A stretch of DNA of 64,000 bases, from NCBI GenBank assembly GCA_951406725.2, contig OX597820.1, forward strand, positions 92,380,001 through 92,444,000, written 5' to 3'. Within the stretch, counting starts at the first letter, position 1. Each line of letters opens with the position of its first letter. The translations under genes were made by a program, and so were the position numbers. The notes under the pieces are model-generated. The model searched no databases. It was not told the DNA's origin and saw only the letters and a program-made list of their open reading frames with translations. Positions 44,956 to 56,583 of this stretch are shown one piece after another. The stretch comes from Octopus vulgaris. Lineage: Eukaryota.

Positions 44956-46599
44956 TGTATACACAACAATAGTAAAATGGCGTGCCGCGAACTCTCATTA
45001 GATTGCACGATTACCGGTACGTATTGATATTGGTCTCGCTGACTCACAAACTAAAGACTCTAGTGTTGCCCCAGGATATGTTTTTTTACATCAACACACC
45101 ACCTTTTGCACATCGAAGATCCATTTATCTCTAACTTGCAACAGTTCTAATTTCTATGCAGATTACTATATTCTTTGATGTTACCTAAACTTTTGCACCC
45201 AAGATGTAACATTGACAACTCACATGAAACCTACACATGTCTCTCGAACAGACACCTAAAAGGCACTCTCCAGTGATTAATTATCAGTCTTGTCACTTTT
45301 AGCAATACAATATCAAAACATCAATGTAAACATGAACAACGAGTACTTAGAATTTTTAACATTCCATAAAACAGTGGACATCACCATCATTGATGTTCTC
45401 TTCTAGCTATCCCATTTCTTCAACACAGCAAGCACTTTATTAAAAAGGGACACTACTTTCACGTCTAGGAATTACAAACACCACACAAAGCTTGAGTATG
45501 ACCCATAATCGACTATTGCCACCTACATCTGAGATGTTGTTAGTATGACATAGAAACTTCCTAAACTACATCTAAAAAAATCACCAACAGAATAATACGG
45601 AATAACTTGCCTACCAAGACACTCCTTCTGCCAGCATAAATCAATACCATCTCCTCAGGCTTTCATTTCTTTTACTAAAACATTTCTACCTGTCCCTTGA
45701 ATTTTGTTAACCTTCCACTATCTGCAGTTAGACTCTTAAGATTTGCTCGTTTCTCAATCTTTCGTTACGCATATTGTGTCCATGCCCACCCTTGATTCGT
45801 ACTAACTTCAGTTTGTATATATTCTATAATAATAGTAATTATGTTTATCTCATTAGACTAGAGGGCCTGTGGTGGTCAAGAGAATACTTTTCTCTAAATT
45901 AATCAAGTAAAAGCAATGATAGAACAAGTCCGATCCTAAATTTCTTTTATGATCATGAGAGAATATTATGTACAACAAACGGTCGATAATATCATAGACT
46001 TGTCAGTTATATCAAGAAATTTATCAAGAATTTTAAAATGTCATCTGAACAGCAATCATGATGATGCAAAGAATCATTGTGGCAATTAATTGAGAAGATT
46101 TGGTATTCTTTCGAGAGATGATATGACACAAATTTGATCATTCTGCTTCCCATAAATTCATGATAATAAAAGGAAACAAAATACGTATATGAATACAATG
46201 CGTATACAAACACTACAGGAATATTTTGATTAAATCAAGTGATAAGAAACTCTCGTGAGAGCTAAACAGCAGGAGATCTTCAAAGAAGAAATCCAACTCA
46301 TGCAAGCGATTTGGCCTTTAATTTCTTGAACTCTCAGGGATCCGGGCCTCATCCTGGTCATGATACTTGGATACCCTTCTCTTGATATTTTTACCCACTT
46401 AGATGTTGGAGACCTGTGCTCTTAAACCGCCTGGAGATTTCATTTATTTGTAACTCATCGTCATGACTCAGCTTTCAAAGTTATACTTAAATAAGAAATA
46501 ACATTGATTGTATTGCTAGCGGCGAAGTGTGAACTATCTCAGTGTCTCAATATGAGACACATATCTTGTTGTTAAAACACAAAAATAGTGTCTTAAAAA

Positions 46600-47330
46600 A
46601 CGGTATGCGAATCATTTTCGTCCCTCCTCGACCAAAACCAACTGAAAAATGTTCCTGCCGTCTTTCATATCACCTTTAGGGCTTTGTTCTACTTCTTCAC
46701 AGAGATTGAGAGTTGTTTTATTCAATCAGAAGCAGATTTCACCACACACCTTTGGCGCCAACATCTGGTTCCAATCTCTGGCTCTAACCTCTGGCTCCAA
46801 CCTCTATTGCGGGAACCTTAACACGAAAGTGTGCCTCTTTCAGGCTGCTGGCAAGACTGGTATATTTTTCAGTCTTGAACACGTGTGATCCTTCTATTCT
46901 AATTTCAAACGCATAGTGAATTCAGTCAAAATTAGTTGCTTTGGCGAACTGGAATGGAGTAGGATATCCGCTCCTACACCACTCTTCCTGATGAATTCTG
47001 GTTGTTTTGTTGATCCTAGGAGATCTACTCTTCATCATCTGCACTACCAGGAAAACTCCATTTTCGTACCCTGTATGGCATAGCTGTTCCTAGCTATGAT
47101 TTGCTGAGGAATGTTGTTGGAGATTCTGGTTTTACACGTGCCGAACTTTTCATGTGTGCGTTCTCATTAAGTACTTGACTGTGCCGCCAGGTGTATCTTC
47201 CTCTAGCTAATGCTACTCTGCAGGAATTTAATACGTGTTTTATTGTCTGTCTACCCCTATGTTTCCATAAGATACTACTCAAAAGCTTCTCTGCTTACTC
47301 TGGGTTTCCCAGATTTGAATAGTTACCTAG
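46600..47330 (-). pseudogene. Decayed C-terminus of an RLE-type non-LTR retrotransposon (R2 group, Hero/NeSL-like)
   Basis: TIKHVLNSCRVALARGRYTWRHSQVL (Zn motif + RH) and downstream PAIEVGARG (46786-46812). The remnant probably extends further 5'. Confidence 0.65.
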
Positions 47331-48671
47331 CAAATCGTAAGGGTCTCTGAGGAAAGAATCTGGTATATTTTCCCTTCTGCGTTTTCCCCCTTGTTGCCTC
47401 ACCTTGGGTGAGGACAATATGTCTCGCTTCTAGTTCTCCCCAGAACTTTTCTAATCATTGTTTCTCAAATGTTTCTCAAGGCACCTTTCATTAATTTACT
47501 CAAATCCCTTTTATTTCTCTGAATTTTATCCATCTTTCGCTTGTGTCTGGATTTCTGAATCGGTGATTTCAATATTTACTCTTTCACTCTATAGGCGTCT
47601 CATCAGATTGTATGAACAATATCTCTCAATGTGGCTAGCTTGTGTTTCAAAGTGCTTTTCCTTGTGAGCACATTCAGTTTCTGGAGTATTTCATGTCCAA
47701 TGACTTTCATTCTCCTTTCGCACTTTCAGGCGGCAAGTTAATCCTGAAGCGTCAAGTCTCAACTACCGGTATAATTTCTCTACAGCATCAACAGCATGCA
47801 GTCCTTGCTATTGTAGTTTGATTTCTGGCCTTGGTTTTCCGATGCTGCTGTTTATTCAACGAAGTATTTGAACGTCCCTTTTCGAACAGTGGATCTTTAT
47901 GTCATGCACAAGTGAGAATGTCGATTCTTTTTCGTAAGGATTATTTTACCAATGAATTCGTTATATTATGCCCCTTTTAATACACTCCACGTCAGCTGTA
48001 AACCTTGTCCTTATATTAATGACCTGGGGCATATAATAGCTTTGTGATAGCAATAGAAGAATTGATAGATGCCCTTATTGATTATGATGATAAGACAGTA
48101 AATTGACTCAATTATCAAAGATTTAACATTTCCATATAAATTGGAATGGAATACTGACAAATAAGAAGTAAACATTATTAAGCGTAAACCAATGAAGAGA
48201 GAGATATCGATATCGGATGAAAACTGCGAATGTGTAAATCAATCATGGTTTTACACATCGAAAATCTTCCACGAACTGAATTTTAAACGTAAAATAAGCA
48301 AAATGGTTTAAATGATGAAAAACATCTACAAGAAGGAAACAGAAACATGATCATACATTCAGAGACAGGACAGCTCCACTAAAGAAGTTTTAAAATATGT
48401 ACAAAATTTGGTTTAGTTGTATATTTTTTTAAAAACAAATACGCTACACTTAGACCTTACCCTCAACTAAACTAAGGAGAAGCAATAATAAAGAAAATTT
48501 GTCATCTTATGTGGCTAGAAGCTCACTTTTAGCTATTTAGATGAGCTCTGATATCTTCATAGGAACCTCCCAAGTGTCTTACAAAATAATAATGACTTCA
48601 AATTTTGGCACAAGACCAGCAATGTTATAGGAGGTATCAGTCGATTACATGAGATAAATTCGACACACACA

Positions 48672-48728
<57 letters not shown>

Positions 48729-49304
48729 GATAAAAGATGAAGTCGACGTCTACAAGCTCAACATTAGCAGAACTTGGACATATATGATCACGATACCATT
48801 TCCCCGTTAGAAGTATCAATAGTTTATTTCATATTCACATAATTCTAGACGGAGCCTGTATTGAAGAGTGACAAATGGATCGTGTGTGTAATTTAAAATG
48901 CCCAGCCATGTCACATAATGTGATAAACTTATTCTCAGCTCACGCATCTTTAGAATAGTTACCACGGATATTTCAGCCGATTGAACGATAGAATACATAC
49001 CGTAGGGACCAAGAGAAATCTATTTACTACCAAATATATATAATGATGCGCATAAATGAGGAGAAAAACAACACTGAATTATAGAGATTATGGCAATTAT
49101 GGATATCATTTATATGAGCTGGACAACATTCCAAGCTTCATTTCACATAAATTAGGTGTACGCTGAGGAAGTTTGCAATAACGAAGTGTAGAAATGTAAA
49201 CATTTTAACCGCGCAGATACAATGGTCGTTTTTCATTTTCAAATCAACAGAGTAACTACAAGAGTTATATATATATATATATTCTCTGTTTCTTTCCTCG
49301 AGTT

Positions 49305-49342
49305 GTTTTCTGCTGAAGAGCGTAGGTTCGAAATATAAAATA
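49305..49342 (+). ncRNA. Degenerate HHR variant (CUGCUGA core), same family as 2748 and 16697
   Basis: GUUUU-CUGCUGA-A-GAGC-GUAG-GUUC-GAAA-UA-UA-AAAU; the downstream tail is homologous to 16740-16826. Confidence 0.5.
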
Positions 49343-49456
49343 TTTTCTCACCTCCCCGAGCGTTAAACTAATACACTAGTTTTTGTTTATACACCTGTCT
49401 TCGTCTTCTGTTTATCTGTAACTTTTAACTATGTGTGTGTGTGTGTGTGCGTGCAC

Positions 49457-49501
<45 letters not shown>

Positions 49502-49588
49502 TATTAGAAACAAAACCACTATTTTGCAAAACAAACAAGGAAAGACTTAATCAATACATAAAATTTTAATAAATAGTCAAAAAAACCG

Positions 49589-49631
49589 CCACTACAATTG
49601 TTTCTTGTCTTGATCGACAATCTTCAGGTGG
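49589..49631 (-). ncRNA. Type I HHR, mirror copy
   Basis: Exact reverse complement of 49672-49714. Confidence 0.82.
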
Positions 49632-49671
49632 ACTTCCAATAAGTCAGTTTCAAATTTGACTTATTGGAAGT

Positions 49672-49714
49672 CCACCTGAAGATTGTCGATCAAGACAAGA
49701 AACAATTGTAGTGG
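49672..49714 (+). ncRNA. Type I hammerhead ribozyme, intact core
   Basis: CCAC-CUGAAGA-UUGUC-GAUCAA-GACAA-GAAA-CAAUUG-UA-GUGG: all three helices present, palindromic ACAAUUGU, GUA cleavage triplet. Confidence 0.85.
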
Positions 49715-49887
49715 CGGTTTTTTTGACTATTTATTAAAATTTTATGTATTGATTAAGTCTTTCCTTGTTTGTTTTGCAAAATAGTGGTTTTGTCTCTAAT
49801 AATATTTTATAATATTTTACTATAAAATTGGATTTAATCCTAAATCTGATTTTTTTCCTGTAAATTTGGATTTTTTTCCCTAATATT

Positions 49888-49927
<40 letters not shown>

Positions 49928-50218
49928 CTCGCTGCCTTTCAAATTAGCGTGTAATATTTGGAAGAATGATGTTTCTAACATGGATACAGATAATTGAAGT
50001 ATTGCTTTGGTTCAGTATTAGAACGCTTGTCTTGTGTTCAGAAGTGAGTTCTAGTCTCATGGGCCGCCTTCTACATTCATTTTACCCAAAAGAGATTTGT
50101 CCTAAAATTTACGCTCAAGTATTTATAGCATTAATGCTTCGAGTTCCGCTGTCATTAAAGAATATTCTATGTACTCGAAGTTCCAAAATGACGCCAAAAG
50201 TATGTGCGTGTATATATA

Positions 50219-51495
50219 TTGGTTTGTCAACTAAGTTCCCGCGGTTTTTTTAAATTTATTTTTTAAAGATTTTATTAAAAATAACAACTAATTAATCAAC
50301 AATGTATTCATCTTCCCAACGTTCAACGAGATTTTCAATACCTCGTTGGTAGAAATCACACAATTTCGACTCGAAAAATTTATCCAACCAAGCTCTCAAT
50401 TCTGCATTTGTATTGAACGATTCTCCGCGCATTGCATTTGAAAGAGATAGAAAGAGGTGGAAATCCATTGGTACCAAATCAGGAGAGTACAGCGGGTGCG
50501 GCAGCACTTCCCAGCCGTACGTTTGAATGACTTCCTTGGTCATGTTGGCGATATGAGGGCGGGCGTTGTCGTGCAGCAGAACTCCATGCTGCCGATTAAG
50601 TCTTTTCTCTGGAATAGTCGTGTTGAGAACATGTCTTGAATATAGAGTTCCGCGTTGACCGGGTGGTTCCGTTCAAGCAATTCGTAATGGATAATCCCTT
50701 CCCAGTCCCACCATACGCACAACATCGTTTAACGTAGATGAAGATCTTGTTTCACGCGCGGTGTCGCTTGTTTACCGGGATTAAGCCATTCCTTACGCTG
50801 CTTCATATTGATGTACAGGGACCATTTTTCGTCGCCAGTAATAATTCGGTAAATAAATCGTTGTTTGTGTGCATGAGTTGTGTGGAGACGAGCAAGCAAA
50901 CCGGTGGAGATTGTAACTCGTTGATTTTTGTTGTTGTCATTCAAAGCATGTGGAACCCATACTCCATACTTCTTGAACTTTTCCATCGAGTGATGATGCT
51001 TCTCTATAGCAGTGTGAGAGCATTCCATTTCCCCTGCCAGTTCCCTTGTCGTTTACGAGAATTTTCGTGCAAAAGTTTGTTTAATCGATCTTCATCGAAC
51101 TCAACAGGACGGCCAGAACAAGGTACGTCTTTGAGGTCCAAAATTTCCCTCTTTGAACTTGGCAAACTAATCACAAGTGGTTCTTTCAGCTATAGCATCC
51201 TCTCCATATACAGCACAAATGTCGCGAACAGCTTTTGCGGCCTTACAACCTTGATTCAAAGCAAAAAGGAGTATGTATCGAAAATGCTCGTTTTTTTATT
51301 TTAACTTGACATTCCATTTTAATGATCTGAAAATACACAAAAATTAACTAAATTTAACTAGAAAAAAAAAACAAAATACATTCCAAAATGATTCAAAAAT
51401 AGAATTCTCAAAAAAAAGATAATAGATTCCAAAATTTAAAAACGCAGTATATTCCAAAATTTAAAGAAACTGCGAGAAATTAGTTGCCAATCCAA
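50219..51495 (-). mobile_element. Second full-length defective mariner of the same family, opposite orientation
   Basis: TIRs ttggtttgtcaactaagttccc / gagaaattagttgccaatccaa with TA flanks; WVPHAL, TGDEKW, YSPDLVPMD in broken frames. Confidence 0.93.
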
Positions 51496-52233
51496 TATGT
51501 GCGTGTGTACGTGCATGTGTGTGTAAATTCGTACATGTATATATCGCTGCACATTATATGGTCGCATATGGTTCTTTATCAGTATCTGTATGTTCAAGTA
51601 ATTCCTGGCCAGCTTCTCATATCATTCATATATTCTCAGCTTTCTGAGTTTTATCCTGAGCTTGGTTGGATCGCTTGCAATAAAACTTTGATAGTTTTAG
51701 GTTGCAATAAACTTAGCAATATTATGTATTAATATGGAAGAAAATTAATTTCACTCATATATTGAGTTATGGTGTTATTGTAGCATTGCATTTAAACATC
51801 AGATTTTCAGTCAATATATCAACTATAATTATCACTGGAAATCAAAATGAGCGGCCACGTACATGTCAGTTTAAACTTCTATCTGAGCGTGTGAATATAA
51901 CCTGGACGATTCATTCATACGTGTATATGTAGATGTATTTATCTACATGTGATTGAATATGAGAATGTGTATAAACATGTAAGTTAAATTTCGCTGTGTG
52001 CATATATATGTGTATACGCGTGTTAGTTAGGGAGAGACTGTGTGTGCGCTCATTTGTAGCTGTGTATGAATATATATGTGCAATTGTGCATGTATAATTA
52101 AGTTATACATGTATATATGCATGTTTAATAAATGTGTCTGTGTGTATGTATGTATATGTGTATATATATATGTGTATGTATATATATATATATATAGATC
52201 ACTCTCTCAAACTCTCTCTCTCTATATGTATAT

Positions 52234-52278
<45 letters not shown>

Positions 52279-52660
52279 CATAATCAGTGTATGTATGCAC
52301 CTTCATGGGTTAATACTTGTGTATATTATATATTTACGTCAGTTGTTCGTATATAAGAAAGACAGTTGTAAAAAGTAATAAAACTACTTGAGACAAACAA
52401 AATCACAGAATCACTGCTGGTAAAGACCTTTAAGCAATAACAAAATAAAGAGAAAACACTTTCATATTAAATGCTGTATTATTTTATCAAGTGAGATAGA
52501 CATAGCAGGAAAAACAAAAAAACAAAACGAATATGTTTAATAGGCTTGAAAAGGAAATCACTAAATGGAACTAATAGAACAAGAAATATTTTATAAAAGT
52601 ATAAATAGCAATACTCCTCTGTAACACAAAGACATATAAATCCAGATACAAACGTATATA

Positions 52661-52723
<63 letters not shown>

Positions 52724-52797
52724 CATATATACATATATACATATATATATATACACATATATATATATGAATATGAATATATGCGTATGTGAACATT

Positions 52798-52851
<54 letters not shown>

Positions 52852-53314
52852 ATACGAACATAGTTAAACACACACATATATATATATATATATGAATACA
52901 TATGATGATATATACCTGTATACACATATGAACATACATGTATAAATATACGAACGTATTTATGAGTATGTATATGTCTGTGTGTGTGTCTATGTATAGT
53001 TCTAAGTATATATATGTATATGAGAATATTTTTGTATGTACGTATGTGTGTGTGTGTGTGTGTTTGTAGGTTGTTAGGCAGGTAGGTATTGCTCCGTTGT
53101 CATGAACATCAGTGAATTGTTTTGTTTTGTTTTTATAAACATTTCACATAAAGTCAACTAAAATTTAACCGTGAAGAATTGCAATGCATAAAAACGAAAT
53201 TAAACATCTATTAAATTACCTTACAGAAAATTGTGGATGAAAGCTAATATTACAAAAACAGATGACGAAAATAACGCTTAACGACGAACAAAAGAATATA
53301 CACACATACATGCA

Positions 53315-53351
<37 letters not shown>

Positions 53352-53552
53352 ACACACACACACACACACACATCACACAAGTGCACAGGTGAACGCACAA
53401 TCGTGTATAGAAACAAAGGAGACGACACACGTTTGTGCACACATCTTTGTGTTTTTATATTACATATATATTCATGTGTGTATGAGCTTGTGTGTCTATG
53501 TGTACATATATTATATATATATATATGTATATATATATGTATATGTATATAC

Positions 53553-53609
<57 letters not shown>

Positions 53610-53660
53610 CATGTATATATATATGTATGCGTATATATATGTACATGCATATATATATAT

Positions 53661-54002
53661 ACTCTATACTCTTTTACTCTTTTACTTGTTTCAGTCATTT
53701 GACTGCGGCTATGCTGGAGCACCGCCTTTAGTCGAGCACATCGACTCCAGAACTTATTCTTTGTAAGCCTAGTACTTATTCTATTGGTCTCTTTTGCCGA
53801 ACCGCTAAGTTACGGGGGTGTAAACACACCAGCATCGGTTGCCATGCGATGTTGGGGGGACAAACACAGACACAAACACACACACATACATATATAGGTA
53901 TATATATACATATATACGACAGGCTTCTTTCAGTTTCCGTCTACCAAATCCATTCGCAAGACTTTGGTCGGCCCGAGGCTATAGTAGAAGACACTTGCCC
54001 AA
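53661..54002 (-). mobile_element. SINE family A body and tail lacking the tRNA head
   Basis: Minus strand begins ttgggcaagtgtcttctactatagcctcgggccgacc and ends in (GTAAAAGA)n. Confidence 0.85.
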
Positions 54003-54010
54003 TGCGTTAC

Positions 54011-54128
54011 GCTTACTGCAGCTAGGTTTCCCAAGCGGTCACCCATCTAAGTACTGACAAGGCTCGACGTTGCTTAACTTCGGTGATCAGACGAGAACCG
54101 TTGATTTCAACGTGATATGGCCGTAACC
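54011..54128 (-). pseudogene. Full-length 5S rRNA-derived sequence fused to a SINE body
   Basis: Minus strand GGTTACGGCCATATCACGTTGAAATCAACGGTTCTCGTCTGATCACCGAAGTTAAGCAACGTCGAGCC...AGTACTTAGATGGGTGACCGCTTGGGAAACC...GCAGTAAGC; 118 nt with box A, IE and box C; no oligo-T terminator. Confidence 0.88.
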
Positions 54129-54175
54129 ACGTACACACACACACATGTGTATACATATATATATACGTATATATG

Positions 54176-54232
<57 letters not shown>

Positions 54233-54253
54233 GTGTGTATATATATCTTCATA

Positions 54254-54294
<41 letters not shown>

Positions 54295-54381
54295 AAGGGT
54301 GAAAAGGAACACACGAGTTGATATATATGAAAAAACAAGTCAAAAATAGAAAATGCTAAAATAATTTTATAGTGAACATTT

Positions 54382-54419
54382 CAGTACCGGTTTCGGTCAT
54401 TTTGAGACCTTTTCAACTG
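54382..54419 (-). ncRNA. Type I HHR (U3-A8 variant), mirror copy in the inverted arm
   Basis: Reverse complement of 56546-56583. Confidence 0.72.
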
Positions 54420-54735
54420 TAACGATTAAATAATTAAATTTAGAAAAATTAGAAGAAAGGAATATTAAAGGAATATTTCTATAGTAGTGTTCAGATATAA
54501 GTAGCATTCTGCCTTTCTCTGACTCCCTTGTTTGCACTTGTGTGCTGGAGGTCGTTGTGAGTTCTTGATAGGATAGTAGAGGAAGAAGGCTGATGAGGAA
54601 AGGGGGTGGGAGAATCTGGGAGTGCCCTGATGGTCGTATTTTAAATGGTCAGTGGCGGCTGGCAGTCGCAGTTCAATTCAGGAGAATATTTCTATTGAAA
54701 GGCTTGTTTATAGAATTTGCGTAGGTGTTATACTA

Positions 54736-55856
54736 GAAAGATATGGCAGCCCTTTCTCCATCTACATAGAAAACAACTGGAAGAGATATTTAGATGACTG
54801 TTTCATCCTTTGGCATAAAAATATAGAAAAACTCATAGAATTCCAGGAAATTTTAAACGGACTGGACGTAAACATCCAATTCACGATGGAATATAGCCAG
54901 CAACAACTCCCCTTCCTCGATATCCTGATTAAGAAAGCTAATAATATAATAGAAACAGACATATATTATAAGCCTACGGACTCTAAGCAATATCTTCCAT
55001 TCAATTCATGCCACCCCAGACACACTAGGATGAATATCCCCTTCAACCTAGCAAAAAGGATATGCACTATAGTCTCGAACGCAAACACCAGAGACACACG
55101 ACTACAAGAACTAAAAGATACCCTTATCACCAGGAACTATCCACCTTCACTTATTGACAAGTGCATTCAACGTGCCCTTCAACTTAACATCAAGGAACTG
55201 ATTCATCCCCAATCAAAGAAAAACTTACAACCAAAAGCCTTACCATACATCTCCACACACAACCCTCTCAATAACGAAGCCTTCGGCACCATCCTCCACA
55301 ACATACCCCTCCTAAAACAAGACCACAGAATGAACACAATCCTCCAAACACACACGATCATAAAAAGCAAGAGACAGCCTAAATCCATGAAAAGTCTCCT
55401 AACACAAGCCCGAATTCACTCTTCAACACAGAAGCCGACAGTAAAAAAATGTGGAAGACCCAATTGCGGGATATACGACTATCTAATTGAGGGATCAGAG
55501 TTCTCCTTCAAACAGGGCAACGGTTTACAGTGAAAAGCAACTTCACATGTGCTTCGGAGAACCTAATATACTCACTAACCTGCTCCGGGTGTCAAGAGCA
55601 GTACATAGGCCAAACAAAAAATAGTTTGCGTAAACGAATGGCCCTGCACAGATCCCAGATAAAAATTCCCCAAAACAGAAAAATAACTTTTAGCCAACAC
55701 ATAGATACTTGCGCCAACAAAAAAAACACCAAGCTTCAGGATTTCCCCCTCTACCAATTTAGGGACGATACAACCTCGAGACAACGAATAAGTAAAGAAA
55801 CTCTCTTTATTGCAAAATACAGGCCACTTCTAAACGGGTCTACGACAAACAATTAA
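54736..55856 (+). pseudogene. PLE RT (C-terminal part) + Cys linker + GIY-YIG endonuclease, frameshifted
   Basis: WKRYLDDCF, LPFLDILI, YYKPTDSKQYL..SCHP, CGRPNCGI, NLIYSLTCSGCQEQYIGQT...RMALH. Confidence 0.9.
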
Positions 55857-56545
55857 TATACCTCAACTTTAGAATAAAAGAAATATTCACACACAAATAT
55901 TACATTCCAAAGAATCCATTACTAATCACAGCTAAAATCACAGCTATAATCCACAACATGCCAACTTCAATTCATACTTTAACCCATTCATATTCTCCCT
56001 TCTCTGTTTTTTTCTTCTTCTTCATCATCATCATTATCATCATCATCGTCGTCATAACCATCACCACCATCACCATCATCGTCATCTTCTCCTTCTCCTT
56101 CTCCTTCTTCTTCTTCTTCTTCTTCTTCTTCTTCTTCTTCTTCTTCTTCATCATCATCATCAACATCGTCATCTTCTTCTTCTTCTACTTCTCCACCTTC
56201 TACCCCTTAACTTTGTCACTAATGTTTTTTAGTATAACACCTACGCAAATTCTATAAACAAGCCTTTCAATAGAAATATTCTCCTGAATTGAACTACGAC
56301 TGCCAGCCGCCACCGACCATTCAAAATACGACCATCAGGGCACTCCCAGATTCTCCCACCCCCTTTCCTCATCAGCCTTCTTCCTCTACTACCCTATCAA
56401 GAACTCACAACGACCTCCAACACACAAGTGCAAACAAGGGAGTCAGAGAAAGGCAGAATGCTACTTATATCTGAACACTACTATAGAAATATTCCTTTAA
56501 AAAACTTTTCTTCTAATTTTTCTAAATTTAATTATTTAATCGTTA

Positions 56546-56583
56546 CAGTTGAAAAGGTCTCAAAATGACCGAAACCGGTACTG
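56546..56583 (+). ncRNA. Minimal type I HHR with compensatory U3-A8 core
   Basis: CAG-UUGAAAA-GGUC-UCAAAAU-GACC-GAAA-CCGG-UA-CUG with palindromic ACCGGU, about 90 nt from the PLE 3' end. Confidence 0.75.

Larger units (their letters stand above)
49492..49891. mobile_element. Fold-back Penelope-type terminus: ~155-bp near-perfect hairpin (49492-49646 / 49657-49810) between (TA)n
   Basis: Arms are reverse complements with one mismatch seen and a ~10-nt loop. The right arm continues about 80 nt to (TA)n. Confidence 0.88.

Noticed and set aside
50738-51304. 188-aa plus-strand ORF
   Set aside because: Antisense shadow of the minus-strand mariner transposase.
54011-54128. Functional 5S rRNA gene
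   Set aside because: Single copy, mismatches in the terminal helix, no oligo-T terminator, fused to a SINE body.
54590-54601. CTGATGAGGAAA resembling an HHR core
   Set aside because: No room for helix II between CUGAUGA and GAAA.
54652-54735. N-terminus of the 293-aa ORF
   Set aside because: Lies in the inverted terminal arm; fortuitous open frame fused to the truncated RT.
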